Origin: Macrostomum hystrix
Taxonomy: Eukaryota > Animalia > Platyhelminthes
Direction of reading: 5' to 3'
Assembly (NCBI GenBank): GCA_950097015.1
Contig: CATNEN010000029.1
Span: 2,232,001 to 2,296,000, forward strand
DNA length: 64,000 nt
How positions within the stretch are numbered: the stretch's first letter is position 1; the number at the start of each line of letters is the position of its first letter. A program made the translations under genes and the position numbers. Under the pieces are notes generated by a model that saw only the letters and a list, made by a program, of their open reading frames with translations, searched no databases and had not been told where the DNA came from. This document shows, piece by piece, positions 12,077 to 24,371 of the stretch.

Positions 12077-13258
12077 ATGCCTTTGGTAATTTTCGTTCTA
12101 ATCTTACTGGTGTCGCCACCAGTGTTTGCCTCGGCTCTGCCAGTTGGAAGCGCGACTACTCTGTCCGAAGATGGAAGCTCTAAGTCCTCCTTTACCAGAT
12201 GTTTGCATATTTTTTGTTTAAAGCTCCCGCAGTTCATGTTGACCTGTGGATTCTGACACTTGAATCTCGAACCTCAGGCACAGCCGACACCTGATGCAGC
12301 AGTTGCTATCCGGCCTGTCCGCCTGTCTGTCCACCACTTCCTGCTTGAATCAGATTTTGGTGGCCTTGGAAACGGCCGTGGCCGCAGCTGCGGAAGCCGA
12401 CGGGCAATCGGTGGGGGGTCCGGCGGCCGTCCAACAGCTCACCGGAGCAGCCGCTGACGCCTTTCAGCACCGGGCCAATCGGCGACGCCTGCTGGTGCTG
12501 ATGTCGCTGGGCCTGGGCGTAGGCCTCGCCTGCCTGCTGGCCCGCTGCTGCTGCGTCTGGATCAAGCGCGACATCCGCATGCACGAAAACAAGATCAACC
12601 AGATCCTCAGCGACAGGTCTGCCTTACTCAGATCCCACTTACTCAGATTCCACCTTACTCAGATCCCACTTGCTCAGATCCCACTTACTCAGATCCCACT
12701 TACTCAGATCCCACTTACTCAGATCCCACCTTACTCAGATCCCACTTACTCAGATCCCACCTTACTCAGATCCCACTTACTCAGATCCCACCTTACTCAG
12801 ATCCCACTTACTCAGATCCCACCTTACTCAGATCCCATCTCATTTAGATCCCACATTACTCAGATTTACCCTGATAGCATATTACTGAAATTCCTAATTG
12901 TCGATTTTCCGTCGTTCCTGCCATTGCACTCGCCATTGCTATTGCCGTCTCTCTCTTTTTGCTCTCGCGTCTCGCCATTGCTCTAGCCTTTGCTCTCGCC
13001 GTGCTCTCGCCTTTGCTCTCTCTGTTGCTCTCGCCGTGGTCTCGCCGTGCTCTCGGTGTAGTCTCGCCGTTGCTCTCCCTGTTGCTATCGCCGTTGCTCT
13101 CCCTGTTGCTATCACCGTTGCTCTCGCCGTGCTCTCGCCGTGATCTCGCCGTGCTCTCGCGTTGCTTTCCCTGTTGCTATCGCCGTTGTTGCCGTTGCTG
13201 TCCTCATTTTGAATCCAGCCACCCAACTGCCCAGCGTATAATTAGCCGAACCTTGTAA
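12077..13258 (+). CDS. Putative small type I membrane protein (tentative exons 12077-12183, 12278-12616, 13219-13258)
   Basis: ATG 12077 opens a signal peptide (MPLVIFVLILLVSPPVFA). GC-rich exon encodes a TM helix followed by CCC (LLVLMSLGLGVGLACLLARCCC). Phases are compatible but both donors (GTCCTC, GTCTGC) are weak, so the model is tentative. Confidence 0.45.
12622..12870. repeat. 15-17-bp minisatellite (cttactcagatccca[c])
   Basis: Tandem units begin 5 nt after the putative donor at 12617. Confidence 0.92.
12915..13200. repeat. Degenerate 11-13-bp repeat (ctcgccgttgct-like)
   Basis: Low-complexity recurring ctcgcc(g/a)t(t/g)gct units. Confidence 0.8.
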
Positions 13259-13729
13259 TACACCTGAAAGTCTGCTAAGGTCGCACAAGGATAAAGTTGC
13301 AGCAAATGCCCCGTAATTTTGATCCTTTTAGTCACGAAAGCTCACAAACATTGTTCGGTCTTTTTCAACAATAAAGAGAGAAGAAAATTACTGAAAACGG
13401 ATTGTCCTAAAAACACCTGTCAGTTTTTCCATTTGTCGAATCGACTGGCCTACTTTGCCAGTAGACCCGGCATATCAACCGGCCTCTACAGAAGACAAAT
13501 TAGCTGGGTTTGCTTTGGGCGAGGCATTGTGCTGTTTTTTAAGTCAGTTTTCTAAATGAGTGTCTAGCGTCACTCTAGCCAGACTCAAGAGTCAAGAGCG
13601 GAAAATTGCTAGTTGCTACTCTGAAGAACTGCAATCACCATGCTTCAATTTTCCTTCTATGTATGCTCGCAAGTTTCTTGATTTCTCGAATCTTTTTATT
13701 GGTTTCTAGATTTATATTCTTCGATTTGT

Positions 13730-14125
13730 AAATGTTCGTCGATTTCCTGATGTTCGTCGATTTCCTGATATTCGTCGATTTCCTGATATTCGTCGATTTC
13801 CTGATATTCATGGATTTCCTAGTATTCGTCGATTTCCTTATATTCGTCGATTTCCAGACATTCGTTGATTTCCTAGTATTCGTCGATATCCTGATATTCG
13901 TCGATTTCCTGATATTCGTCGATTTCCTGATATTCATGGATTTCCAGATATTCGTCGATTTCCTGATATTCGTCGATTTCCTGATATTCTTCGATTTCCT
14001 GATATTCGTCGATTTCCTGATATTCGTCGATTTCCTGATATTCTTCGATTTCCTGATATTCGTCGATTTCCTGATATTCGTCGATTTCCTCTGATGTTCG
14101 TCGATTTCTACATTCGTCGATTTCC
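13730..14125. repeat. 18-bp minisatellite (ttcgtcgatttcctgata)
   Basis: About 21 tandem units; source of FVDFLI / RKSTNI / QEIDEY pseudo-ORFs. Confidence 0.96.
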
Positions 14126-14211
14126 ACCTAATCCCCCTTAATCCACGGACAGTACGCCGCGCAATAGCTGCGGCTGTGCCACTGACTGAACAAGTGCTCC
14201 AGCTAGCCCAG

Positions 14212-14825
14212 GTGTGATCTCCCAATATATCTATCTCATTCTTGCCTTCGAATTTGCCCGCAGCGTACTCAGGCTGGAGTACGTCGCTAAGCTAGACGCG
14301 CGCGAGCAGCGAACCCTCAGCAAGCTGCGCCTGGCATCCTCCTTCATCCTTCCTGACAGCTGCGGAATCGCCTGCATCCGTGGCGACGTCGCAGGCAGCG
14401 GCGATGAAATCGTAGCCGATCGGCATCGGCGATCGCGACGATCCAGGCGTCTGCGGCCGCTGCCGGCCCCGGCCAGCTGGGACCCCTCGGCGGCATCCAG
14501 CCCAGTCAGCGGCGCCGGCGATGCCGCCGATGCTCTGAGGTCGAAGTCTAGCCAGCAGTTGACGATGATGATTACTCCATTCGGCGTTCGTGCCGTGAAA
14601 GAAACTGTCGTCGACTCGCTAGCCTGCAGCGGCAGTCGGCTTCAGGTCTACGACGAGACGCCAGGCCGGAGGCAGCTTCGCCGGGCTTCAGCCAGCCGAT
14701 CGGCTGTCGCCCTATCGGTGACCGCCCCGACCGATGGCAGCAGCCGCTTCTGTCATTCGCTCGGCAACATTCCCTGTGCTGGCACAGCAACTGACGGAGC
14801 CACAGCCGCTTTGGCTTCAGCCTAG
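14212..14825 (+). CDS. Terminal coding exon of an unidentified (possibly membrane) protein
   Basis: GC-rich 203-codon ORF after a CCCAG acceptor (14211); hydrophobic start VISQYIYLILAFEFARSVL then low-complexity tail ending TAG; upstream exons not established. Confidence 0.55.
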
Positions 14826-15006
14826 TCGTCTGCCGATGAGTCGCCATCGTCAACGATCCTTTACTTTGAAGTGCCGCCGAAGCGTCTATCTTTTCAATCC
14901 GGCCCGGCGCTCGTCGATTGACGAGACGAACCTTTTTGACCTTTATTTCGTCAATTAAAAAAATCGTCTATTTTATTATACCTCAATTAATAGGTTTGAG
15001 TCCCTG

Positions 15007-15110
15007 ACATTCGTCAGTTTCCTGATATTCGTCAGTTTCCTGATATTCGTCAGTTTCCTGATATTCGTCAGTTTCCTGATATTCGTCAGTTTCCTGATAT
15101 TGTTCGATTT
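15007..15110. repeat. 18-bp minisatellite (ttcgtcagtttcctgata), sister of the 13730 array
   Basis: About 5 units differing from the upstream unit by a GA/AG swap. Confidence 0.92.
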
Positions 15111-17127
15111 CCAGATTTTCGTCGTTTTCCATTATATTCCTCGAACTTATCGATTTTCATGTGATTGGCATAATTTGTTGTTATTTTTAGGACTAGAATA
15201 TCTCGGAGTTGTACTTTCCATTACTTCTTGACTCGTGTGCTTCTGATGCATTTACTGAAGTAATTGTTTGATGGGCGAGCTGGGGAACTTTGAAAATGAT
15301 TTCTTTAACACTCAAATCCTCAGATTAGTGTCTGCTGAGCTGGCGCGACTAATATGGCCACTAAAAAGACTCAGAGCTACAATAAACATACTCAGGCCTA
15401 CTACTATAAGTAGCTTGATTGTATATTGTGGATTGTAAAACACAGTAAGACATGTATAGGTTAAGATTAGACATTATTCGTATCGTTTTCATCGAGAAAA
15501 GCTCGCTTGACAGATTAAAAAATAACTATTTTCTGACACTACACGTATTCGACGACAGCAACCCCCTGTCTGTCGATCAGTCATCTTTAGACAGCTGCTG
15601 AAACATGAAAATATAAAAATAACAAGTTGGAGCACACAAAACGACAACGTAGAGTTACTAAAAAGGCTAAGTCAAGTGTCCCAGAAATATCGTCTGTTGA
15701 AATCTCGTATTGAAGACAAACTCTGGGTTGCTATGCGACATTGATGCTGCTCTGCTATATTAAATTTTAATTGTTTAGTAGCATCCTTAGGTAACTTAGC
15801 GAAATGGGTGTTGCTAGGCGTTAGTAGATTTCCATTAGATAATTAGTAGATAAAAAATTATCTCAAGCGGAAACCTGTTTAGTGTTATTAAAATACTGCT
15901 ACGATTGCTAGCACAATGACAAGACAAAATATTTCTGAAGCTAAACAATTATCGATAACATATTTTTGTAAAAAATTTTCTATTATAACTCGAGAAACGA
16001 GTTTAAGTCAGTTGTTAAAATACTTGCAGTGTAAAAACATAAATATGAGCGTTCATCAAATTGTAAAAAAAAGAATAGAATATTTTATCACGAAAATTGT
16101 ATAGCTGGAATACAACAGCATTGAAGACATTTTTCTAATAGAGTATTTGAATGACTAGAGTCTAGACGAATGCTTGCAAAAAAACTGCTTCACTATTATG
16201 CATGAAATATTTCCCATGTCAAAAAAATTGACTAGGGCTGTCGGTAAGACTTTAGAAGAACGTAAAATAAACGACTAAAAATATATATAATCATGAACCG
16301 TCTTTGCTAAAGTAAATTCTATCGAAATGTGTCTTCAACCCGACACGGAAAAAGTACAACTTTAAGAAACTTTTGAGCCTTATTAACAAAATCACACAGC
16401 CGACATAATCTCTAGATTCGCGCTAAAATGACAACAATTTTAAACTCGCGCCAAATTATTCCATTTTTAACAAGCCTAAATTGGTTGTCCTAATATTCGA
16501 TTGTTTTCATTTTATAAGTAACTTTCTGTTTATTAGAGTACAGATGGCGCCAATTTAAAATACGAGTATCTGATTTTAACGACAAGATCTCGAATCTAGG
16601 GTTATGCCAAACAGCTTGTGAGAGTAACCGATAGTCGATAATAGTGAGTTTAACGACTGAAAAAGCACAGTTTTGCTTCTAGTTGAATATAAAACAACAA
16701 AGCAGAAGCTAATCTGCAGTAGAAAGAGGAAAACTAAAGTGACTCAATGGAGGTCGAGCGGTAAAAAGCAACTAACTAAAAAGTCATCGGATAAATTCGA
16801 TAAAAGCTAAAAATAGACAGATATTGCTGATAAGTTTATGAGCCGACTAATATTGTGAGAATAGCACAATAGTATTTTTCAGAAGTATAAAGCCGAGAAT
16901 TTATCACGAAACAATTACAATCTGCAATCTATTCCTCCGCTAGTTTTTTATCGATCCCGGGTTCTGTACCACCCATTGATTGGTTAGCCAACCAAAGGGA
17001 AAAAATCTGCTCTTTAATTTTAGCATGTTTATATATATATAATTATCGTTTGTTCTTCCCGATGTCAGACAAATTTTGCCATCACAACACTTAATTTTTG
17101 CAGACTGCAAATGTTCGTCCAAATTAA

Positions 17128-17182
17128 TTAGTAACCGCCCTGTTGATACTGACCGCCACTGCCAGCTGACAAGTCACCACCA

Positions 17183-17215
<33 letters not shown>

Positions 17216-20200
17216 GGCTGCTGGAAGGCACCACCGTCGGCAAACGGCTGCTGCGGCTGCTGCTGCTGCTGCCCGCCACCGATTTGGCTTTCAATCTTGA
17301 AATAAAAAATAAAGCTAATTAAATGATTAATTCTCGGGAAATGCTCATGCGTATTTGGCTGCGTTAGGGTGTGTCAGGGACAGCACTGAGGTGTCAGCAG
17401 TGAGGTGTCAGCAGTGAGGTGTCAGGGAGAGCAGTAAGATGTCAGCAGTGAGGTGTCAGCAGTGAGGTCAGTGAGATGTCAGGCTGAGCAGTGGTCAGCA
17501 GTGAGGTCAGTGAGATGTCAGGCTGAGCAGTGGTCAGCAGTGAGGTCAGTGAGATGTCAGGCTGAGCAGTGGTCAGCAGTGAGGTCAGTGAGATGTCAGG
17601 CTGAGCAGTGGTCAGCAGTGAGGTCAGTGAGATGTCAGGCTGAGCAGTGGTCAGCAGTGAGGTCAGTGAGATGTCAGGCTGAGCAGAGGTCAGCAGTGAG
17701 GTCAGTGAGATGTCAGGCTGAGCAGTGGTCAGCAGGGAGGTCAGTGAGATGTCAGGCTGAGCAGTGGTCAGCAGTGAGGTCAGTGAGATGTCAGGCTGAG
17801 CAGTGGTCAGCAGTGAGGTCAGTGAGATGTCAGGCTGAGCAGAGGTCAGCAGTGAGGTCAGTGAGATGTCAGGCTGAGCAGTGGTCAGCAGTGAGGTCAG
17901 TGAGATGTCAGGCTGAGCAGAGGTCAGCAGTGAGGTCAGTGAGATGTCAGGCTGAGCAGAGGTCAGCAGTGAGGTCAGTGAGATGTCAGGCTGAGCAGTG
18001 GTCAGCAGTGAGGTCAGTGAGATGTCAGGCTGAGCAGAGGTCAGCAGTGAGGTCAGTGAGATGTCAGGCTGAGCAGTGGTCAGCAGTGAGGTCAGTGAGA
18101 TGTCAGGCTGAGCAGAGGTCAGCAGTGAGGTCAGTAAGATGTCAGGCTGAGCAGTGGTCAGCAGTGAGGTCAGTGAGATGTCAGGCTGAGCGGAGGTCAG
18201 CAGTGAGGTCAGTGAGATGTCAGGCTGAGCAGTGGTCAGCAGGGAGGTCAGTGAGATGTCAGGCTGAGCAGTGGTCAGCAGTGAGGTCAGTGAGATGTCA
18301 GGCTGAGCAGTGGTCAGCAGTGAGGTCAGTGAGATGTCAGGCTGAGCAGTGGTCAGCAGTGAGGTCAGTGAGATGTCAGGCTGAGCAGAGGTCAGCAGTG
18401 AGGTCAGTGAGATGTCAGGCTGAGCAGTAGGTCAGCAGTGAGGTCAGTGAGATGTCAGGCTGAGCAGTGGTCAGCAGTGAGGTCAGTGAGATGTCAGGCT
18501 GAGCAGTGGTCAGCAGTGAGGTCAGTGAGATGTCAGGCTGAGCAGTGGTCAGCAGTGAGGTCAGTGAGATGTCAGGCTGAGCAGTGGTCAGCAGTGAGGT
18601 GTCAGAGAGAGCGGTGAGGTTGAGATAGCTTGGCCAGCTAACCCACCTGATCGGCCGTTTCGAAGGTACCCTCAGCGCCCTGTCGGTACTTGTTGAAGGC
18701 AAAGTAGGTCAGGCCGGCCATGGAGGCCACAGAGAAGAAGGCGAACGTGATGCTAGCCCGAACGTTTGACACCTGCCACGGCTCAACTCCGGCATTCTTC
18801 AGCCACTGGGCGGAGGTGTTGGACCACTTGTTGGCCATCAGGCAGAAGGATACGAAGTATAGGAAGGTCCAGGCAGCTGCAAGGCAAAGAGGGACGGCTG
18901 TTCTTTGGACTTTAGTGGTTATTTTATCTAATTTAACAAATTAAAGTTCCTTTTTTAAGTAGCATATAGCAATAAGACGCTTAAATGATATGAAGTCTTA
19001 GGGACTGTGTGATCTGAGGAATGTGAAGTCAAGGGAGTGTGGGATCTGATGAATGTGAAGTCTACGGAGTGTGGGATCTGAGGAATGTGAAGTCTAGGGA
19101 GTGTGGGATCTGAGGAATGTGAAGTCTAGGGAGTGTGGGATCTGAGGAATGTGAAGTCTAGGGAGTGTGGGATCTGAGGAATGTGAAGTCTAGGGAGTGT
19201 GGGATCTGAGGAATGGTAAGCCTAAGGAGTCTGGGATCTGAGGAATGTAAAGTCTAGGGAGTGTGGGATCTGAGGAATGTAAAGTCAAGGGAGTGTGGTA
19301 TCTGAGGAATGTAAAGTCAAAGGAGTGTGGGATCTGTTTTTAAAAAGCCTAGGGTGTATGGGACCTGAGGAATGTGAAGTCTAGGGTGTGTGGGACCTGA
19401 GGAATGGTAAGCCTAAGGAGTCTGGGATCTGAGGAATGTAAAGTCTAGGGAGTGTGGGATCTGAGGAATGTAAAGTCAAGGGAGTGTGGTATCTGAGGAA
19501 TGTAAAGTCAAAGGAGTGTGGGATCTGTTTTTAAAAAGCCTAGGGTGTATGGGACCTGAGGAATGTGAAGTCTAGGTAGTGTGGGATCTGAGGAATGTGA
19601 AGTCTTAGAGAATGTGTGATCTGAGGAATGTAAAGTCTAGGGAGTGTGGTATCTGAGGAATGTAAAGTCAAGGGAGTGTGGCATCTGAGGAATGTGAAGT
19701 CTAGGGAGTGTGGCATCTGAGGAATGTGAAGTCTAGGGAGTGTGGGATCTGTGATTGAAAAGCCTAGGGAGTGTGGCATCTGAGGAATGTGAAGTCAAGG
19801 GAGTGTGGCATCTGAGGAATGTGAAGTCTAGGGATTGTGGGAACTAATCTACTCGAATAGCACATTTTCGAGTTTCAATTATAGTACAATGTAAAATTCC
19901 TACTGAAATTTCTAAGCGAAAACTTAAATGTAGAATGAGATGAATCGGGAATTTTAACAATACCATGTTGGAGCATTTAGGCGAGAAAACCTAAAAAACT
20001 AATTTTACTAAAGAAACGGAAAAGGGAAAACACCAGTTCCGAAATGACTAGCACCCTTGAAGCAACTCCATTGGCCAGAAAATCGGCAATCGATATGTGG
20101 TGGGACTTTAGCCCAGGTTCCGCTGGAGGAAGTGCTCACCAGAAAAGCCCATGTCAGCAATGACCAGCAGCCTGCGGTGCTGCACTGAGGACATCTTTTC

Positions 20201-21094
20201 GAATAGGATGTCGCCAGCCAGGAACACCAGGCTGCCGAGGAAGGCGACAACGCCAACGAAGACGCCGAAGCTGCAGGCATTCTTTGTGGCCAGCATGATG
20301 CAAGTGTTTTCAACGTAGGCGCCAGAGCTGATGCATCCGAATACAATTATGCCAAAGAACTAAAAACAGGTTTCAAAATAATGTACAAAAAAAAACAATT
20401 TTATTTTTTAATTATAAAACATCCTAAAAATAAGTTAATTTCTCTTTTGGTTAAAATACCAAGTAATTTTATATTATTAATGATGACATTAAATTGGCCA
20501 TCAATATGTTAAATAATTTTCAACTAAAACTCATAAAACCTAAGAAAATATCAGTAACCAAAAGTTAAAGTACTTGTCTTGTATTCATTTATGAATGCCT
20601 ATATATATTTACATTACTGCTTAACATTTTCTTCTTGTACATTGAGCTAACTTTAGTTTCTGGCACGGCAAAACAAGAAAATTTACCCCCTACGAATACT
20701 AAGAACAGATTTAGAAAAAAACTGTGATGGAATCAAAACTAGCTTTCTATACAGTTTACGACTGCTGTTTATTAATTATTTCTTTGTAAATCACAGTTTC
20801 ATTAGACTTCATTATTCCTTAGTCAAGGAATTAAGCTATATGTATAAGTAGCTCCCTTATAAAAACATAAATATCTCTACACTCTTAATGAACTTATCAT
20901 TTCCTTTCGTATTTCATTTAGATTTCGTAAAAAATTAATGAAGCTTCGAATGCCCCTCAAGAGCTTGAATATGACAAACTTACCCATGTAAGGAGTCGCA
21001 GAATCGTGGTAGGACGTTTAAGAAACTCAATCGGGTTAAAGGAAAATCCAAAGCCTTGAGCCTTACCAGCACCATAAGCTCCGCCACCGTCCAT
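17128..21094 (-). CDS. SYNGR: Synaptogyrin; exons 21094-20984, 20359-20140, 18876-18647, 17295-17128 (242 aa)
   Basis: MDGGGAYGAGKA...RPTTILRLLTW | FFGIIVFGCIS...NACSFGVFVGVVAFL...DMGFS | AAWTFLYFVSFCLMANKW...RASITFAFFS | Q-rich tail ending YQQGGY*. All GT-AG, phases 0/1/0 consistent, total 729 nt; MARVEL-domain synaptogyrin motifs. Confidence 0.96.
17375..18610. repeat. 39-bp minisatellite (gtcagcagtgaggtcagtgagatgtcaggctgagcagtg), about 30 copies, synaptogyrin intron 3
   Basis: Direct observation; 13-aa periodic pseudo-ORF. Confidence 0.97.
19000..19845. repeat. 32-bp minisatellite (gaggaatgtgaagtctagggagtgtgggatct), synaptogyrin intron 2
   Basis: Direct observation, with variant units and a duplicated block (19201-19350 resembles 19381-19530). 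Confidence 0.96.
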
Positions 21095-21865
21095 ATTAAT
21101 CAGGTTTTGAATTTATATATATTTAGAGTCGCAGCACTCAGCAGTCTTCTTCATGGAATGTTATTGAATTAGGCAGTGGCGTTTAAAAAAGAACGTGTTT
21201 ATAATTTCACACCCAATATAACAAAGCTTTAGTGCTTAGTTATCGTAATATCAACAAACACTAATCTAAGTTATATAGTTATTATTAAAAATAAAAAACG
21301 CAGCAATTCATTTACTTTGTAGATGTTTCTTTTCAGTATACATTGTGTACCCTTGTTAGTTGCGACTCTTTTTAACATATACTTTTAAATGTATTTTACA
21401 AAAACGGCTTGCTGAACACGCCTAAATGTAATAAATGAGGTTCTTTTCAGAAGAAGAACACCTAAGCTTTTGGTGCCCTAAGTCTACTTAAAACTGGAGC
21501 CTTTTTCTTAAACGTATATTGTATCCCAATGCTGGACGTTATTCTTTATGATTTCACAATTTTGATGCGTGTTTTCTTTATTTGCGTTATGGAAAATACT
21601 AATTAAGAACTGTATGGTTTATGGAATATGGCACCTTATATTTAATCGAAACGTTTTAGAGTTTCTAACACGTTTCGAATCTTAGAAAAATCAATATCCA
21701 GCATCCATACATATGGACGCGTAATTTTTTTCTATTTTAGCCAAAAGAAAGCTATAGATTATTCACATAACTGATTAGCGTTTTTCGTTGGACCTTCCCT
21801 AAATTTTCTAACAAAAACGTTACAGACAAAAATGTTTATATAATATTGCACTTATTATTTAAGTA

Positions 21866-21965
21866 AGCGAAATGGGAAGAATTGCGTCCTCGCTGGCTGC
21901 GGGTCTACCATCACCAAATGATGTGCCGTTGCTCGCAGCCCTCCTGTAGTAATCATTATTTTTAT
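21866..21965 (+). mobile_element. SINE family 2, 5'-truncated 3' fragment in the synaptogyrin/PPIL6 divergent promoter
   Basis: gcgaaatggg...cctcgctggctgcgggtcta...caccaaatgatgtgccgttgc...ccctcctg+att tail matches the 3' end of the 47212-47550 copy. Confidence 0.8.
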
Positions 21966-22317
21966 TTTTTTGTTACATAATAGTATTAATATAGTTTTAT
22001 ATAAGGATCTAAAATAAAATGCTATCCAATGATATAAGCAGCTTATTCTATGCAAAGCTTGACAAGTTAAGTTTTAATTTATTGGTGGTATTCTCAAATT
22101 ACAAATGGTAAACTCTCTGATGAAATAACTTTTAACCACTTTATAAACTTTCACTATGAGGTCTAAAGCTATATATATAATTCAAGTCCTTTTAAGACAA
22201 ATTTTTTTTACTTTGCACTAACTTTTGTGTCGTTATATCGTTTCGGATGATTTTGGTGCCCATTAATAAGAAAGATTCTAACAAACTACCTAATTATCCG
22301 TCTTTCTGCCACAGACC

Positions 22318-24371
22318 ATGTCGACATCCCGCTCCCAATGCCCAATCCAAATGGAGCTTCGCATCGTTGGTCTCGTGTCCGACGTGAAGTTCCACGTTGC
22401 CCGCAACTGCGCCGCCGACCTCGAGAAGCTGGTCCAGCCGGAGCGACGCCTCGAGCTGACTGTCACGCCGCTGCTAGAATTCGAATGGGCTGAATTCATT
22501 CGGCGAACCGTGCGCGAAGCGGGAGGCGAGTTCTGGACCTACGATGACCAGGTCGTCGTCTTCCTCGACGGCCAACTGCGCGGGAGCGCCCAATGGCTGC
22601 TGCAGTGGGCGATGGACACGTACGGCTACGAGGACTTCCGACCGCTGCCGCTGTACAGGACGCTAACCGAGGACGCCTACGCCGACGAGTTTAAACAGCG
22701 CGGACACGACTTTGTCTACCTTGACATTTCCGTTGCTGGCGAACCAGCCGGTCGTCTGGTCATCGAGCTGTTCAAAAGTGTGGCGCCGCGAACCTGCGAG
22801 AACTTCCGTCAGCTATGCACCGGCGAGCGCGGCGTCTCAAAGCACAACCCGGTTGAGCAGTTCAACCTGTGCTATCGTAAATCCATCTTTCATCGCCTGG
22901 TACCCGAAGGCTGGATCCAAGGCGGAGGTGAGTAATGCTTGCCCATCATTATTTGATATTTATAGCCGTATTTAAATCTCTTCAAGCGTTTCTATAACCG
23001 GTTCGATCATCTATTTATTCGATGAGCTTAAGTGGTTGTGACTTTTCTTTGTTTAAGTTTGCTTTAATTGGTATTCCCTTTTGCTTATTTACTACTTATA
23101 GTAGCTTTGAAGTTCGGCTTTTTTAGAAATTGTATAGAACTATTTTTTATTACGAATTAGTAATTTAAATGCTATTTCATGTGTTACAACCATCGTCTCT
23201 ACAAGGGTCTCACTTATTTTTGCGTTTCTCCAAGATAGGGTTGCAGCCAGAGGGGGTTGCAGCCAGAGGGGGTTGCAGCCAGAGGGGGTTGCAGCCAGAG
23301 GGGGTTGCAGCCAGAGGGGTTTGCAGCCAGAGGGGTTTGCAGCCAGAGGGGTTTGCAGCCAGAGGGAGTTGTAGCCAGAGGGGGTTGCAGCCAGAGGGGG
23401 TTGCAGCCAGAGGGGATTGCAGCCAGAGAGGGTTGCAGCCAGAGGGGGTTGCAGCCAGAGGGGATTGCAGCCAGAGGGGGTTGCAGCCAGAGGGGGTTGC
23501 AGCCAGAGGGGATTGCAGCCAGAGGGGGTTGCAGCCAGAGGGGTTGCAGCCAGAGGGGGTTGCAGCCAGAGGGGATTGCAGCCAGAGAGGGTTGCAGCCA
23601 GAGGGGGTTGCAGCCAGAGGGGATTGCAGCCAGAGGGGGTTTAACCAGAGGGGTTGCAGCCAGAGGGGGTTGCAGCCAGAGGGGGTTTAACTAGAGGGGT
23701 TGCAGCTAGAGGGGGTTTAACCAGAGGGGTTGCAGCCAGAGGGTGTTGTAGCCTAGTAGTAGTTAGAGCATCGGACTGCAGGACTTGAAGGTCGGGGTTC
23801 GATTCCTGTCTCCACTAGAACAATTTATGCTTTTTAACAAAACACTTAGACACTTAACTCTGCATGCTTCTAATTCGCAGTAGCTGCGGCTGTGCTGTGC
23901 CATTCGCTGCACATCTGGCCCGACTGTGGCAGGTGTAATCAATTAAAATCATGGGTTTCCTCGAGGCCAAATAAAAAATGGTAATCGTGTGTTTCGCCCT
24001 CCTCCTAAATAAGTAAACGTCTTTGACTGGTCTTTATTCAACTTCCTGCAGACATTTGGTACGGCAAGGGCAACGGTGGCGAGTCAGTCTACGGCGAGAC
24101 TTTCGACGACGAAAACTTCATCCTGTCGCACGATCGCCGCGGGGTCGTTAGCATGGCCAACAGGGGCCGGCACACCAATGGCTCGCAATTCTTCATCACC
24201 CTGAAGTCCTCCTGCTGGATGGACACAAAATTTGTAGCATTCGGCCGCGTTGTCGAAGGCTCAATCGTTCTAGAGCGCATGGAATCTGTTGGCACCGTCA
24301 ACGAGCGACCGTTGGACGAGATTCAGGTGTCGGATTGCGGCGAGTATGTGCCGAATCTGGCGCGCGACTGA
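22318..24371 (+). CDS. PPIL6: Cyclophilin-like PPIL6; exons 22318-22927, 24052-24371 (309 aa)
   Basis: N-terminal IVGLVSDVKFHVARNCA...PLLEFEW extension typical of PPIL6, then cyclophilin domain FVYLDI...GRLVIELF...PRTCENFRQLCTG...FHRLVPEGWIQGG|DI...GESVYGETFDDENF...SMANRGRHTNGSQFFITL; donor GTGAGT, acceptor CTGCAG, phase 1. Confidence 0.93.
23238..23745. repeat. 16-bp minisatellite (agggggttgcagccag) in the PPIL6 intron
   Basis: About 31 units, running directly into a SINE head. Confidence 0.96.
23745..23945 (+). mobile_element. SINE family 1, internally deleted copy
   Basis: ttgtagcctag...ggttcgattcc...gacacttaactctgca then jumps to gctgcggctgtgctg...gcacatctg...gcaggtgtaatc. Confidence 0.85.

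Noticed and set aside
15007-15110. Hammerhead ribozyme core (CTGACGA...GAAA on the minus strand)
   Set aside because: The 7 nt between the motifs cannot form stem II; coincidence of the 18-bp unit.
17453-18430. 325-aa (SAVRSVRCQAEQW)n ORF and similar repeat ORFs at 1160, 3042, 13635, 23169, 26691, 32425-33602, 36729, 43775-46105, 48308, 50169, 56789 and 61950
   Set aside because: All coincide with tandem arrays, many of them inside introns of real genes.
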